A DNA stretch of 64,000 nucleotides from Candidatus Poriferisocius sp. (lineage in GTDB: Bacteria > Actinomycetota > Acidimicrobiia > Acidimicrobiales > Bin134), in assembly GCF_965208355.1 (NCBI RefSeq), contig NZ_CBDBOM010000003.1, positions 1,217,394 to 1,281,393 on the forward strand, written 5' to 3'. Shown in pieces: positions 54,023-64,000 of this stretch. Below the pieces are notes generated by a model, which was not told the DNA's origin, made no database searches, and was given only the letters and a program-made list of their open reading frames with translations. The position numbers and the translations under genes were made by a program. The number at the start of each line of letters is the position of its first letter. Position 1 is the stretch's first letter.

Positions 54023-55029
54023 GCCGTCCCGAAAGCCCTGCCTCGCGAGGCCGCAAGACCAACTTGGCCCTGCTGATCACGTTGAATTTGGCCTTGATCA
54101 CCGGTGGTGCCTCCTTCTTGCTCGGGAGTTCCTCCACGGCGTGGCTGGTGACCTTGCACGGTGTGCTTGGATTTGTGGTGCTAGTTCTGGCCCGCCCCAA
54201 GTCGCCGGTGGTGCAGCGGGGCCTCAGCCGTCGCCGACCCAATCGCTTTGCGTCGATTGCGCTGGCCACCGTTGTCACCGGCGCGCTGATCACCGGGGTG
54301 ATCCACACTCTCGACGTCTGGGGGCCGTTCGGGGTGTGGTCGCCCATTGGCCTGCATGTCATATTCGCCCTTGCGGCAGTGCCCTTGGCGATTCTGCATG
54401 TGGTGACCCGCCCCCAGCGGATCCGCCCCATAGACCTCTCCCGACGCACGTGGCTTCAGGCCCTGGGAGTGGTCGGGATCGCGTTTGGGTTCCGCACCGT
54501 TTTCGATAGATGGGCTTCATCGGATCGGCGCTTCACCGGCTCCCACGAGGTGGGGTCGGGAGACCCCCGGCAGATGCCGGTGGTGCAGTGGTTCAACGAT
54601 TCGCCCCCAAGAATCAATCCCGACGACTGGGTGCTGCGCCTGCGGGGATCGGTGGAGCGCGACGTGGACTATCAGGAGCTTGCTGCCCACACCACCACCA
54701 AGGAGGCAACGCTGGACTGCACCAACGGGTGGTTCAGCACGCAGCGCTGGACCGGAGTCCTGCTGTCCGAGCTTCTCGGTCCCGGCATCACTGGGCGCAG
54801 CCTGGAGGTGCGCTCGGCCACCGGCTACACCCGCCGCTTTCCACTCGGCGATGCCGACAAGATGATGTTGGCCCATGAATTGGGCGGGAAACCGCTGTCG
54901 CGGGGCCACGGTGCTCCCGCTCGCTTGGTGGCCCCCGGGCGGCGGGGGCTGTGGTGGGTGAAGTGGGTGGTTGAGATCAGAACCAGCGACCGGCCTTGGT
55001 GGCTGCAATCGCCGATTTCGTTCACATAG
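54019..55029 (+). CDS. membrane-anchored molybdopterin-dependent oxidoreductase (sulfite-oxidase/YedY fold)
   Basis: The N-terminal ~5 TM region is followed by LDCTNGW...ELGGKPLSRGHGAPARLVAPGRRGLWWVKWV, typical of the Moco-binding oxidoreductase domain. Confidence 0.7.
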   Translation: MSRPESPASRGRKTNLALLITLNLALITGGASFLLGSSSTAWLVTLHGVLGFVVLVLARPKSPVVQRGLSRRRPNRFASIALATVVTGALITGVIHTLDVWGPFGVWSPIGLHVIFALAAVPLAILHVVTRPQRIRPIDLSRRTWLQALGVVGIAFGFRTVFDRWASSDRRFTGSHEVGSGDPRQMPVVQWFNDSPPRINPDDWVLRLRGSVERDVDYQELAAHTTTKEATLDCTNGWFSTQRWTGVLLSELLGPGITGRSLEVRSATGYTRRFPLGDADKMMLAHELGGKPLSRGHGAPARLVAPGRRGLWWVKWVVEIRTSDRPWWLQSPISFT

Positions 55030-55089
55030 AAGGACAAGATCGCCGTAAAGAGTCATCAATCAGGACGCAGGCTGGGTAGATTGACCCCT

Positions 55090-55545
55090 ATGGCGCGAAT
55101 CGCCGCCGGGGCCGACCACGCTGGGGTGCAGTTGAAGGACGTGCTGGTGTCCCATTTGCGGGAGTTGGGCCACGACGTCGTTGATTGCGGCACCCATGGT
55201 CTCGACCGGGTGGACTATCCCGACTACGGCGAGGCGGTGGCCCGCAAGGTAACTGCTGGCGAGGCCGAGTTGGGTCTGTGCGTGTGCGGCACCGGCATTG
55301 GGATCGCCATGGCGGCCAACAAGGTGCCTGGTGTGCGTGCGGCCACCGTGCACGATGTGACCTCAGCCCGGCTGACCCGAGAGCACAATGATGCCAACGT
55401 GATCTGCTTGGGCGAGCGGCTGGTTGGTACCGAGTTGGCCAAGGAAGCCTTGGAGGCATTTCTCGAGGCAACCTTCGAGGAGGGCCGCCACGTTGCTCGG
55501 GTGGCCAAGATCGACGCCCTATTGCCCAATCAGGATGCCCAATGA
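55090..55545 (+). CDS. rpiB: ribose-5-phosphate isomerase B
   Basis: MARIAAGADHAGVQLKD plus the GLCVCGTGIGIAMAANK catalytic Cys region. The ORF-track TTG at 55081 is an alternative start. Confidence 0.9.
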   Translation: MARIAAGADHAGVQLKDVLVSHLRELGHDVVDCGTHGLDRVDYPDYGEAVARKVTAGEAELGLCVCGTGIGIAMAANKVPGVRAATVHDVTSARLTREHNDANVICLGERLVGTELAKEALEAFLEATFEEGRHVARVAKIDALLPNQDAQ

Positions 55546-55573
55546 GAATGCCCGATGAAAAGGTAGCGCCTTG

Positions 55574-56821
55574 ATGTGGCCGGATAGCAGTAAAGACCCG
55601 GTGTTCGACATGGTCCGCCGGGAGGTGGAGCGCCAGAACACCACCGTGCAGCTCATTGCCTCGGAGAACTTCGCCTCGCCCGCGGTGTTGAGCGCCACCG
55701 GATCGGTGCTCACCAACAAGTACAGCGAGGGGTACCCCGGTCGCCGCTACTACGGCGGCAACATGGTGATCGACGAGGTGGAGTCCATCGCCCGGGAGCG
55801 GGCCACCGCCCTGTTCGGGGCCGATCACGCCAATGTGCAGCCCCACTCGGGAGCCAACGCCAACGTGGGCGCCTACCTGGCCGTGTTGGAGCCGGGAGAC
55901 ACTGTTCTGGGCATGAGCCTGGACCATGGTGGCCACCTCACCCACGGCTCACCGGTGAACATCAGCGGGCGTACCTACCGATTCGTGGCCTATGGGGTGA
56001 CCCCCAGCGATGAGCGAATCGACTACGACCAGATACGGGATCTGGCCCTCGAGCACCAGCCCAAGCTCATCGTGGCCGGCGCCACCGCCTATCCCCGCAT
56101 CATCGATCCGGCGCCGTTCCGGGCCATCGCCGACGAGGTGGGCGCCCTGTTCATGTTCGACGCCGCCCACATTGCCGGGCTGATCGCCGGAGGCATGCAC
56201 CCCAACCCGGTGCCTCACTCCGACATCGTCACCTTCACCACCCACAAGACGCTAAGAGGCCCCCGGGGCGGGGCCATCTTGTGTACCGAGGATCTCGCCC
56301 CGGCGATAGACAAGGCTATGTTCCCCGGCCTTCAGGGCGGTCCTCTGGAGCACGTGATCGCGGCCAAGGCGGTGGCCTTCGGCGAAGCCGCCACCCCGGA
56401 GTTCGCCGACTATGCCGCTCGAATCGTGGAGAACAGCGGCGCGTTGGCCAAGGGTCTGGCCGAGGAGGGGTTCCGCATGGTGTCGGGCGGCAGCGACAAC
56501 CACCTGCTGCTGGTGGATCTGCGGACCTTTGACGACGACCTGACCGGCAAGGTGGCCCAGGAGGTGCTCGACCGGGCGGGAATCACCCTCAATAAGAACA
56601 CCGTGCCCGATGACCCTCGTTCCCCCTTCGTGGCCAGCGGGGTGCGGATCGGCACCCCGGCTACCACCACCCAGGGAATGGGACCGGCGGAGATGGGTCT
56701 AATCGCGGGCATGATCGGCCGCACTCTGCGCCAGCGAGACGACGAAGCTGTGGTGGCCGACGTCCGATCTGAGGTTGCCGACCTCTGTGGTCGGTTCACC
56801 CCGTATTCGCTGGCTGGCTAG
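55574..56821 (+). CDS. glyA: serine hydroxymethyltransferase
   Basis: PLP-Lys region [17 protein letters not shown] 55574 follows an in-frame TTG at 55571. Confidence 0.95.
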   Translation: MWPDSSKDPVFDMVRREVERQNTTVQLIASENFASPAVLSATGSVLTNKYSEGYPGRRYYGGNMVIDEVESIARERATALFGADHANVQPHSGANANVGAYLAVLEPGDTVLGMSLDHGGHLTHGSPVNISGRTYRFVAYGVTPSDERIDYDQIRDLALEHQPKLIVAGATAYPRIIDPAPFRAIADEVGALFMFDAAHIAGLIAGGMHPNPVPHSDIVTFTTHKTLRGPRGGAILCTEDLAPAIDKAMFPGLQGGPLEHVIAAKAVAFGEAATPEFADYAARIVENSGALAKGLAEEGFRMVSGGSDNHLLLVDLRTFDDDLTGKVAQEVLDRAGITLNKNTVPDDPRSPFVASGVRIGTPATTTQGMGPAEMGLIAGMIGRTLRQRDDEAVVADVRSEVADLCGRFTPYSLAG

Positions 56822-56848
56822 GCGTGGAAGAGGGCGCCTCGAAACGCC

Positions 56849-57955
56849 ATGGCCCCCGGTGTTGACAGCTACCTTGTCGTCTTTGCCGTAGCGGCGGGGG
56901 TCACGCTGGTGGCCACCCCGGTGCTGCGTCGTCTCAGCGAGCGATGGGGCCTGATGGTGGAGCCCGATGCCCGGCGAGTCCACGAGCGCTCCACCGCGGT
57001 GCTGGGCGGCGTGGCCATGTTCATCGGGTTTCTGTCGGCCATGGGAGTGGCCTGGCTGCTAGGCGACTTCGACGTGGTGTTTGCCACCGCATCAGAGCCG
57101 GTGGGAATAGTGATCGCTGCACTGGTGATGATCGTGTTCGGCACCTACGACGACGTGAAGGAGATGTCGGCGCCGGCCAAAGTGGCCTCCATGGTGCTGG
57201 CGGGCAGCATCTTGTCGTTCGCCGGGGTGACCGTGCTGAATCTGCGGCTGCCGGTGCTGGATGCGCTGATCTTGTCTCAAGATCTGGCCTTTGTGGTCAC
57301 GGTGCTGTGGCTGGTGGCCATCGCCAACGCCATCAACCTGATCGACGGGTTGGACGGCCTGGCCGCGGGCATCGTGGCCATCGCCGGGCTCACGTTCTTC
57401 GTGTACTCCATCAAGCTCACCGATGAAGAGGTGCTGTTGCCCAACAACATCGGGCCGCTGATCGCCATCGTCGCCGCCGGGGTGGCGGTGGGATTTCTGC
57501 CCCAGAACTTCCACCGGGCCCGCATCTTCATGGGCGACGGCGGGGCGCTGTTTCTGGGCACGCTGCTGGCCGCCTCCACCGTGTCGGTCGGCGGTCGCAG
57601 CAGCGAGCCGTTCGCGGGGCAGACCTATTTCCTGTTCGCCCCCATGCTCATTCCGCTCATCATCTTGGCGGTGCCGGTGGTGGACGTTCTGTGGGCCGTG
57701 CTGCGACGGACCCGGGCCCGCACCAGCATCACTACCCCCGACAAGGAGCACCTGCACCACCGGCTGATGAGCCTGGGCCACGGCCACCGCCGCAGCGTGC
57801 TAATCCTCTGGCTGTTCACCGCCTTGATGTCCACCCTGGTGCTTTACCCCACCTACACCGGGGAGGGCGAGGCCATCATGGTCCCGGCTGCCGCAGTGCT
57901 GGTGTTGATGCTCTACACCGTCTTCCACCCCATTTTGCGCCGTCGCACCACCTGA
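56849..57955 (+). CDS. wecA: UDP-GlcNAc:undecaprenyl-phosphate GlcNAc-1-phosphate transferase (WecA/Rfe, MraY-like family)
   Basis: 368 aa, polytopic, with the NAINLIDGLDGLA motif. The position equals rfe upstream of the atp operon in Mycobacterium. Confidence 0.85.
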   Translation: MAPGVDSYLVVFAVAAGVTLVATPVLRRLSERWGLMVEPDARRVHERSTAVLGGVAMFIGFLSAMGVAWLLGDFDVVFATASEPVGIVIAALVMIVFGTYDDVKEMSAPAKVASMVLAGSILSFAGVTVLNLRLPVLDALILSQDLAFVVTVLWLVAIANAINLIDGLDGLAAGIVAIAGLTFFVYSIKLTDEEVLLPNNIGPLIAIVAAGVAVGFLPQNFHRARIFMGDGGALFLGTLLAASTVSVGGRSSEPFAGQTYFLFAPMLIPLIILAVPVVDVLWAVLRRTRARTSITTPDKEHLHHRLMSLGHGHRRSVLILWLFTALMSTLVLYPTYTGEGEAIMVPAAAVLVLMLYTVFHPILRRRTT

Positions 57956-58053
57956 ACTCCTTCACTGGCAGCCAGTCTGATGATTTGGCCCCGTAGCCTG
58001 GTACGCGAAACCATTTCGGCGAGGCCAATCCGCTTGCCATAGGGGCCCAATTC

Positions 58054-58344
58054 GTGCCAACTGCAATGACGCAGAATCGCCAGCTATACAACCGCCAGAG
58101 CGCAGGAGACGCCCTCTCCATCGCCTTCGAGTTGGTGGCCACCCCGGCGCTGTTTGCCTTCTTCGGATGGCTCATCGACGGAGCTGTGGGCACCAGGCCG
58201 GTCTTCACACTGGTCTTGTGCTTGTTGACTGCGGTTTACGCAGGATGGAAGGCCGTCAAGGCCTATAGCGACCGCATGGACGCCTACGACCGGAAACTGC
58301 CCAGTCGGCGGGTTGATAATGAGCTGGAGGCCTCCGATGGCTGA
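58054..58344 (+). CDS. AtpZ/AtpI-like small membrane protein
   Basis: 96 aa with two TM segments (LSIAFELVATPALFAFFGWLI, VFTLVLCLLTAVYAGW). It sits directly upstream of the atp operon. Confidence 0.6.
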   Translation: MPTAMTQNRQLYNRQSAGDALSIAFELVATPALFAFFGWLIDGAVGTRPVFTLVLCLLTAVYAGWKAVKAYSDRMDAYDRKLPSRRVDNELEASDG

Positions 58345-58774
58345 GCGGCCGGTGGCGACCGGCGAGGAGGCTCCCGAGAAGGCTGTGGCTCTTGACATCA
58401 TCCGCCGAGGGATGATCGGCGGGCCGGTGCTGGTCGGGATTTGCGCCGGTGTATGGGGGTTCGACGGATTGTGGTCCAGCGGCTACGCCCTCGGGCTGAT
58501 CCTGATCAACTTCTGGCTGGCGGCCTCGCTCATCACCTGGTCGATGCGGATTTCGCCCACCATGCTGATGGCCGGAGTGATGGGTGGGTACTTCATTCGC
58601 CTGGGCATTATCACCGGTGCCTACTTCCTGGTGAGAAATACCGGCTGGTTTGAGGCGCTGCCGTTTGTCATCACGCTGGTCTTGGCCCATATTGTTCTGC
58701 TGGTTTGGGAGACCCGATATGTCTCCATGTCCCTCGCTTATCCCGGCTTGAAGCCGCAAGGAGCTGCTCAGTGA
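58337..58774 (+). CDS. atpI: ATP synthase protein I
   Basis: From ATG 58337 (MAERPVATGEE...), four TM segments. The stop forms a GTGA overlap with the atpB start. Confidence 0.6.
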   Translation: MAERPVATGEEAPEKAVALDIIRRGMIGGPVLVGICAGVWGFDGLWSSGYALGLILINFWLAASLITWSMRISPTMLMAGVMGGYFIRLGIITGAYFLVRNTGWFEALPFVITLVLAHIVLLVWETRYVSMSLAYPGLKPQGAAQ

Positions 58775-59538
58775 ACGTGTTTGCCCTGGACTTTCCGCCG
58801 GTCACGCAGCTGTTCGATTGGCCTGACTTCTTGTTTGCCGGCAACGACTGGATAGCTCTCAACAAAACCGGATTGATCTATTTGGTCACTCTGGTTCTTA
58901 CTGCCGTGCTGTTCTGGACGGCGGCCCGACGCCGCTCGCTGGTGCCTACCGGGACGCAAACGGTGGTCGAGGCGGGGATCGAATTCATTGAAAACAACAT
59001 TGTCATGCAGACCATCGGCCCCGACGGCCGCCGGTTCTTACCTTTCTTGACCACGATCTTCTTCTTTGTGCTTTTCAGCAACATCTTCGAGGTCGTCCCG
59101 TTCATCCAGTTCCCGGCCAACTCCCGAATGGCAATCCCGTTACTGCTTGCTCTTGTGGTGTGGGGCGTCTACCACGTGGTGGGCATCCGAGCTCAGGGTT
59201 TCATTCAGTACTTCAAAAGCGCGCTGTTCCCACCCGGTGTGCCCACGTTCCTCTATGTCCTGGTAGTGCCGATCGAGTTACTCCAGATCATCCTGATCCG
59301 GCCGCTATCGCTGGCCATCCGGCTTTGGGCCAACATGGTGGCCGGCCATCTCCTGCTGGTGACCTTTGCCGTGCTATCGGCCGCACTGTGGGGAACCCTC
59401 TACGTACCCGCGGTACTGCCATTTGCAATGCTGATCTTGCTTACCGCGTTCGAGATCTTCGTGTCGGCCCTCCAAGCCTTCATCTTCACCATTCTCACCG
59501 CCGTGTACATCGGCGGATCCCTACACCCCGAGCACTAG
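58771..59538 (+). CDS. atpB: F0F1 ATP synthase subunit a
   Basis: GTG 58771. The conserved Arg region is LSLAIRLWANMVAGH. Confidence 0.9.
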   Translation: MNVFALDFPPVTQLFDWPDFLFAGNDWIALNKTGLIYLVTLVLTAVLFWTAARRRSLVPTGTQTVVEAGIEFIENNIVMQTIGPDGRRFLPFLTTIFFFVLFSNIFEVVPFIQFPANSRMAIPLLLALVVWGVYHVVGIRAQGFIQYFKSALFPPGVPTFLYVLVVPIELLQIILIRPLSLAIRLWANMVAGHLLLVTFAVLSAALWGTLYVPAVLPFAMLILLTAFEIFVSALQAFIFTILTAVYIGGSLHPEH

Positions 59539-60569
<1,031 letters not shown>

Positions 60570-60576
60570 GTTCACC

Positions 60577-61101
60577 ATGGCCGAGCGATCTGCCAGCTAC
60601 GCCGATGCCGTGGCCGCAGTGGCCCGGGCCGAGGGGAACCTCGATCTGGTGTCCGACGAGCTCTTCCGAGTCGCTCGGGCACTGGAGGGTTCCGACGAAC
60701 TCCGGATGACGCTGTCTGATCGTCAGATCCCCGCCGCTCGCCGCCAGCAGATCGTGGAAGATCTGCTGGGCGGCCATGCATCGGATACCACTACCGCCAT
60801 GGTTTCCATGATCGTGGCTGCGGGGCGGTCGTCTGATCTGGCTGGCATAGCCCAGGAGGCGGTGGAGCTCAACGCCCGCGACCGAGGCCGTTCAGTGGCC
60901 GAGGTGCGGTCTGCGGTGGCGCTGACCGATGACCAGGCCGAGAGGCTGGCTGCCGCGCTGAGCGCGGCTACCGGCCATCGGGTGGACATCAAGGTGATCG
61001 TCGATCCCAGCGTCATGGGCGGCGTGGTGGCCACCATCGGCGACGAGGTGATCGACGGGTCGGTACGCCACCGCCTGAGCCAGCTTCGGGACACCTTCTA
61101 G
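60577..61101 (+). CDS. atpH: F0F1 ATP synthase subunit delta
   Basis: From ATG 60577 (MAERSASYADAVAAV...), 174 aa, with the OSCP-family end GGVVATIGDEVIDGSVRHRL. Confidence 0.88.
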   Translation: MAERSASYADAVAAVARAEGNLDLVSDELFRVARALEGSDELRMTLSDRQIPAARRQQIVEDLLGGHASDTTTAMVSMIVAAGRSSDLAGIAQEAVELNARDRGRSVAEVRSAVALTDDQAERLAAALSAATGHRVDIKVIVDPSVMGGVVATIGDEVIDGSVRHRLSQLRDTF

Positions 61102-61146
61102 TCCCGTGGCAACAGAATCGAAGAGAGTTTCATACCGAGGAGAGCA

Positions 61147-62772
61147 ATGGCAGAGCTGACCATCGACACCGGTTCCATCGCCGAGGCCATCCGCCGCAAC
61201 CTGGAGGGCTTCCAGCCTGAGGTTGAGCTGGCCCAGGTGGGTCGGATCACCGAGGTGGGCGACGGTATCGCCCGTATCTCTGGGCTGCCCGGAGCGGCGG
61301 TGAACGAGATGCTGGAGTTTGAGAATGGGACCATCGGATTGGCCCTGAACCTCGACGAGGATTCCATCGGCGCCGTGGTACTCGGCGAGGTGGATGAGAT
61401 CGAAGAGGGCCAGGCGGTCCGCTCAACCGGCGACATCCTGTCGGTTCCGGTGGGAGACGCCCTATTGGGCCGGGTGGTGAACGCCCTCGGCGAGCCGGTG
61501 GACGGCAAAGGGCCCATCGTCGGCGCCGACACCCGCCGCATGGAGGTGCAGGCCCCCGGCATCACCGGCCGCAAACCGGTACACGAGCCCATCCAGACCG
61601 GCATTAAGGCCATCGACTCGCTCATCCCCATTGGCCGGGGCCAGCGAGAGCTGATCATCGGCGACCGCAAGACCGGCAAGACCACCGTGGCCATGGACAC
61701 GATTCTCAATCAGAAGGGCCAGGGGGTGAAGTGCATCTATGTGGCCATCGGCCAAAAGGCCTCCACCGTGGCCCAAGCGGTGGCCACGCTGGCCGAGCGG
61801 GGGGCCATGGAGTACACGGTGGTGGTGGTAGCCCCCGCCTCCGACCCGGCTCCGTTCAAGTACTTGGCCCCCTACGCCGGCTGCGCCATGGGCCAGCACT
61901 GGATGGACAACGGCGGTCACGCCCTGGCGGTGTACGACGACTTGTCGAAGCAGGCCGAGGCTTATCGCCAGATGGCGTTGCTACTGCGCCGCCCGCCCGG
62001 ACGGGAGGCCTATCCCGGCGACGTTTTCTACCTGCACAGCCGGCTGCTGGAGCGGGCCGCCAAGCTGAGCGATGATCGGGGAGCGGGATCACTTACCGCG
62101 CTGCCCATCATCGAGACCAAGGCTGGCGACGTGTCGGCCTACATCCCCACCAATGTGATCTCCATCACCGACGGGCAGATCTTCTTGCAGGACGACCTGT
62201 TCAAGTCGGGGGTGCGGCCCGCGGTGGATGTGGGCATCTCGGTATCCCGAGTGGGTTCTGCCGCCCAGATCAAAGCCATGAAGACTGCGGTGGGCACGCT
62301 CAAGGCCGATCTCCAGCAGTTCCGCGAGCTGGAGGCCTTCGCCGCATTCGGCTCTGATCTCGACGCGGTGTCCCAAGCTCAACTTGACCGGGGTTATCGC
62401 CTTACCGAGCTGCTCAAGCAGGGCATCCAGACGCCCATGCCAGTGGAAGAGCAGGTGGTGTCGCTGTACGCCGGCACCCGGGGCTACCTGGACACCATCC
62501 CTGTCGAAGACGTGGCTCGCTTCGAGTCGGAGCTCTTGGAGTGGGTCCGGACCCGCAATGCAAACCTGATGTCGGCGGTGGTCGAGACCGGTGCGGTGGA
62601 CGAGGACGGGTTAGAGGCCGCAGTGTCGGCCTTTGCCGCCCAGTTCGAGTCGTCGGCTGAACCCGAGGGCGACGAGCCCGACGCTGAGGCCCAGGCCGCA
62701 GCCGAGGCCGGGGTGGTCGATGCCGACCACACCCTGCCCGAGACCGACATTCAGCGGCCCGAAGAAGGCTGA
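61147..62772 (+). CDS. atpA: F0F1 ATP synthase subunit alpha
   Basis: 541 aa with Walker [10 protein letters not shown] and an acidic C-terminal tail. Confidence 0.96.
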   Translation: MAELTIDTGSIAEAIRRNLEGFQPEVELAQVGRITEVGDGIARISGLPGAAVNEMLEFENGTIGLALNLDEDSIGAVVLGEVDEIEEGQAVRSTGDILSVPVGDALLGRVVNALGEPVDGKGPIVGADTRRMEVQAPGITGRKPVHEPIQTGIKAIDSLIPIGRGQRELIIGDRKTGKTTVAMDTILNQKGQGVKCIYVAIGQKASTVAQAVATLAERGAMEYTVVVVAPASDPAPFKYLAPYAGCAMGQHWMDNGGHALAVYDDLSKQAEAYRQMALLLRRPPGREAYPGDVFYLHSRLLERAAKLSDDRGAGSLTALPIIETKAGDVSAYIPTNVISITDGQIFLQDDLFKSGVRPAVDVGISVSRVGSAAQIKAMKTAVGTLKADLQQFRELEAFAAFGSDLDAVSQAQLDRGYRLTELLKQGIQTPMPVEEQVVSLYAGTRGYLDTIPVEDVARFESELLEWVRTRNANLMSAVVETGAVDEDGLEAAVSAFAAQFESSAEPEGDEPDAEAQAAAEAGVVDADHTLPETDIQRPEEG

Positions 62773-62775
62773 TCT

Positions 62776-63711
62776 ATGCCGGGTGGTCAAGAGCGCGCGC
62801 TGCGCAGACGCATTTCGTCGGTGCAGTCGACCAAGAAGATCACCCGCGCCATGGAGCTCATCGCCGCCACCCGGGTGGTGAAGGCCCAACAGCGGGCCCA
62901 CGCCGCCCGGCCCTACTCCACCAAGCTAACCAGCGTCATCGAGGACGTTGCCGCCGGAGGGGCCGAGGCCTCCCACCCGCTGCTGGAGCGCCGGGAGCCG
63001 GTGCGCCGGGTGGGCTTTGTGGTCATCACCTCTGACCGGGGTCTGGCCGGGCCGTACAACAGCTCGGTGATCAAGGCTGCCGAACGGGAGCTGATGGACG
63101 CCCAGACCAGGGGGCGGGACTATTCGCTCATGCTCATCGGCAAGAAGGGCCAGGACTACTTCCAGTTCCGCAACTACCGGATCGACGAGGCCTTCACCGG
63201 CATGAGCGACACCCCCACCTACGACGACGCCCGCCAAGTGGCCGAGATCGTGGCCGACCGGTTCGAATCAGGCCACATCGACGAGGTGATCCTGGCCTAC
63301 ATGGAGTTCTTCACCATCGGTACCCAGCGGGTTGCGGTGCGCCGCTTTTTGCCGCTGGAGAGCATCGACGTGATCGCCGCGGCCGGAACGGGCGAACTGC
63401 GAGCCGCCTTCGAGTTCGAGCCCTCTCCCGAGGGGGTGCTGGAGTCGCTGTTGCCCCGCTATGTGGAGTCGAGGCTGTTCTCGGCGCTGTTGGATGCGGC
63501 CGCCTCTGAGCACGCCAACCGCCAGCGGGCCATGAAAGCGGCCACCGACAACGCCGAGGAGCTAATCACCAAGCTCACCCGGGCCATGAACCGGGCCCGA
63601 CAAGACGCCATCACCACCGAGATCATGGAGATCGTCGGCGGTGCCGAAGCCCTAAAGGACGAGGACGATGACGGTGAAATCGCCGACCTCCTCGCCACCG
63701 CCAACCAGTAG
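62776..63711 (+). CDS. atpG: F0F1 ATP synthase subunit gamma
   Basis: 311 aa with N-terminal RRRISSVQSTKKITRAMELIAATR and C-terminal ITTEIMEIVGGAEAL. Confidence 0.95.
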   Translation: MPGGQERALRRRISSVQSTKKITRAMELIAATRVVKAQQRAHAARPYSTKLTSVIEDVAAGGAEASHPLLERREPVRRVGFVVITSDRGLAGPYNSSVIKAAERELMDAQTRGRDYSLMLIGKKGQDYFQFRNYRIDEAFTGMSDTPTYDDARQVAEIVADRFESGHIDEVILAYMEFFTIGTQRVAVRRFLPLESIDVIAAAGTGELRAAFEFEPSPEGVLESLLPRYVESRLFSALLDAAASEHANRQRAMKAATDNAEELITKLTRAMNRARQDAITTEIMEIVGGAEALKDEDDDGEIADLLATANQ

Positions 63712-63725
63712 GAGAAGAAGTTCAG

Positions 63726-64000
63726 ATGTCGGAGAACCTCAAAGACGGGCGAGTCGTGGGAATCGCCGGCCCGGTGATCGACGCCGAGTTCCCCCCGGAT
63801 GCCCTGCCGGAGATCAACACCGCCCTCGAGTTCGACGTAAACGTCGACGGCGAGATCATCACCGTGAAGGCCGAGGTGGCCCAGCAGATCGGCGATGGTC
63901 GAGTGAGAGCCATTGCCCTGAAGCCCACCGACGGCCTCACCCGGGGCACGGTGGTGCGCAACACCGGCCAGGGCATGACCGTGCCGGTGGGCGACGTGAC
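63726..64000 (+). CDS. atpD: F0F1 ATP synthase subunit beta (5-prime part; runs off the right edge)
   Basis: ATG 63726 gives MSENLKDGRVVGIAGPVIDAEFPPDALPEINTAL...VAQQIGDGRVRAIALKPTDGLTRG, the beta-barrel N-domain. There is no stop before the window end. Confidence 0.9.
   Translation, partial: MSENLKDGRVVGIAGPVIDAEFPPDALPEINTALEFDVNVDGEIITVKAEVAQQIGDGRVRAIALKPTDGLTRGTVVRNTGQGMTVPVGDV

Noticed and set aside
55038-55105. A possible seventh start-region duplication at rpiB (atcgccg at 55038 and 55099).
   Set aside because: Only 7-8 nt are shared at a 61-nt offset, which is within chance expectation for GC-rich DNA.

Overview
This is a high-GC, actinobacterial-type chromosome segment. Spot counts of single 60-nt lines give roughly 65-78% GC in housekeeping genes; nothing was computed window-wide. 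The backbone is conserved core metabolism and translation. It runs leuCD, greA, leuB-ilvE-cimA, gltX, cysteine desulfurase, mrp, DUF3107-pdtaS-whiB, glpQ, a DAG-kinase-like gene, etfBA, the actinobacterial SCO1664/DUF3090/phosphomutase trio, a family-5 UDG, an FrhB-type F420 protein and nfeD-flotillin. It then follows the Mycobacterium-like block tRNA-Arg/argS-lysA-hom-thrC-X-rho-rpmE-prfA-prmC-sua5...rpiB-glyA-rfe-atpZIBEFHAGD. Three accessory blocks interrupt this core. (1) Around tRNA-Gln sit a secreted DUF1524-type nuclease, a Fic protein and a lower-GC 14-blade RCC1-like secreted protein. (2) A ~6.7 kb segment between the flotillin stop codon and tRNA-Arg is bounded by a 15-nt direct repeat of the tRNA 3-prime end. 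It carries a second 14-blade RCC1-like gene made of near-identical 111-bp units, a DUF222-HNH gene, a flotillin 3-prime remnant, two hypothetical envelope proteins and an IS481-family element inserted into the tRNA 3-prime end. (3) A minus-strand block between lysA and hom encodes a WXG100 protein plus a 1396-aa FHA-containing EssC/EccC-like triple-ATPase, a minimal type VII-like module. The most novel signals are the following. A duplicated ~35-aa Cys-pair module is shared by three secreted proteins with different C-terminal domains. Short tandem duplications recur at gene starts and produce N-terminal-mimic upstream ORFs. An ApgM-like gene sits in the thrB position. All functional calls rest on motif recognition by eye; no database search was run.
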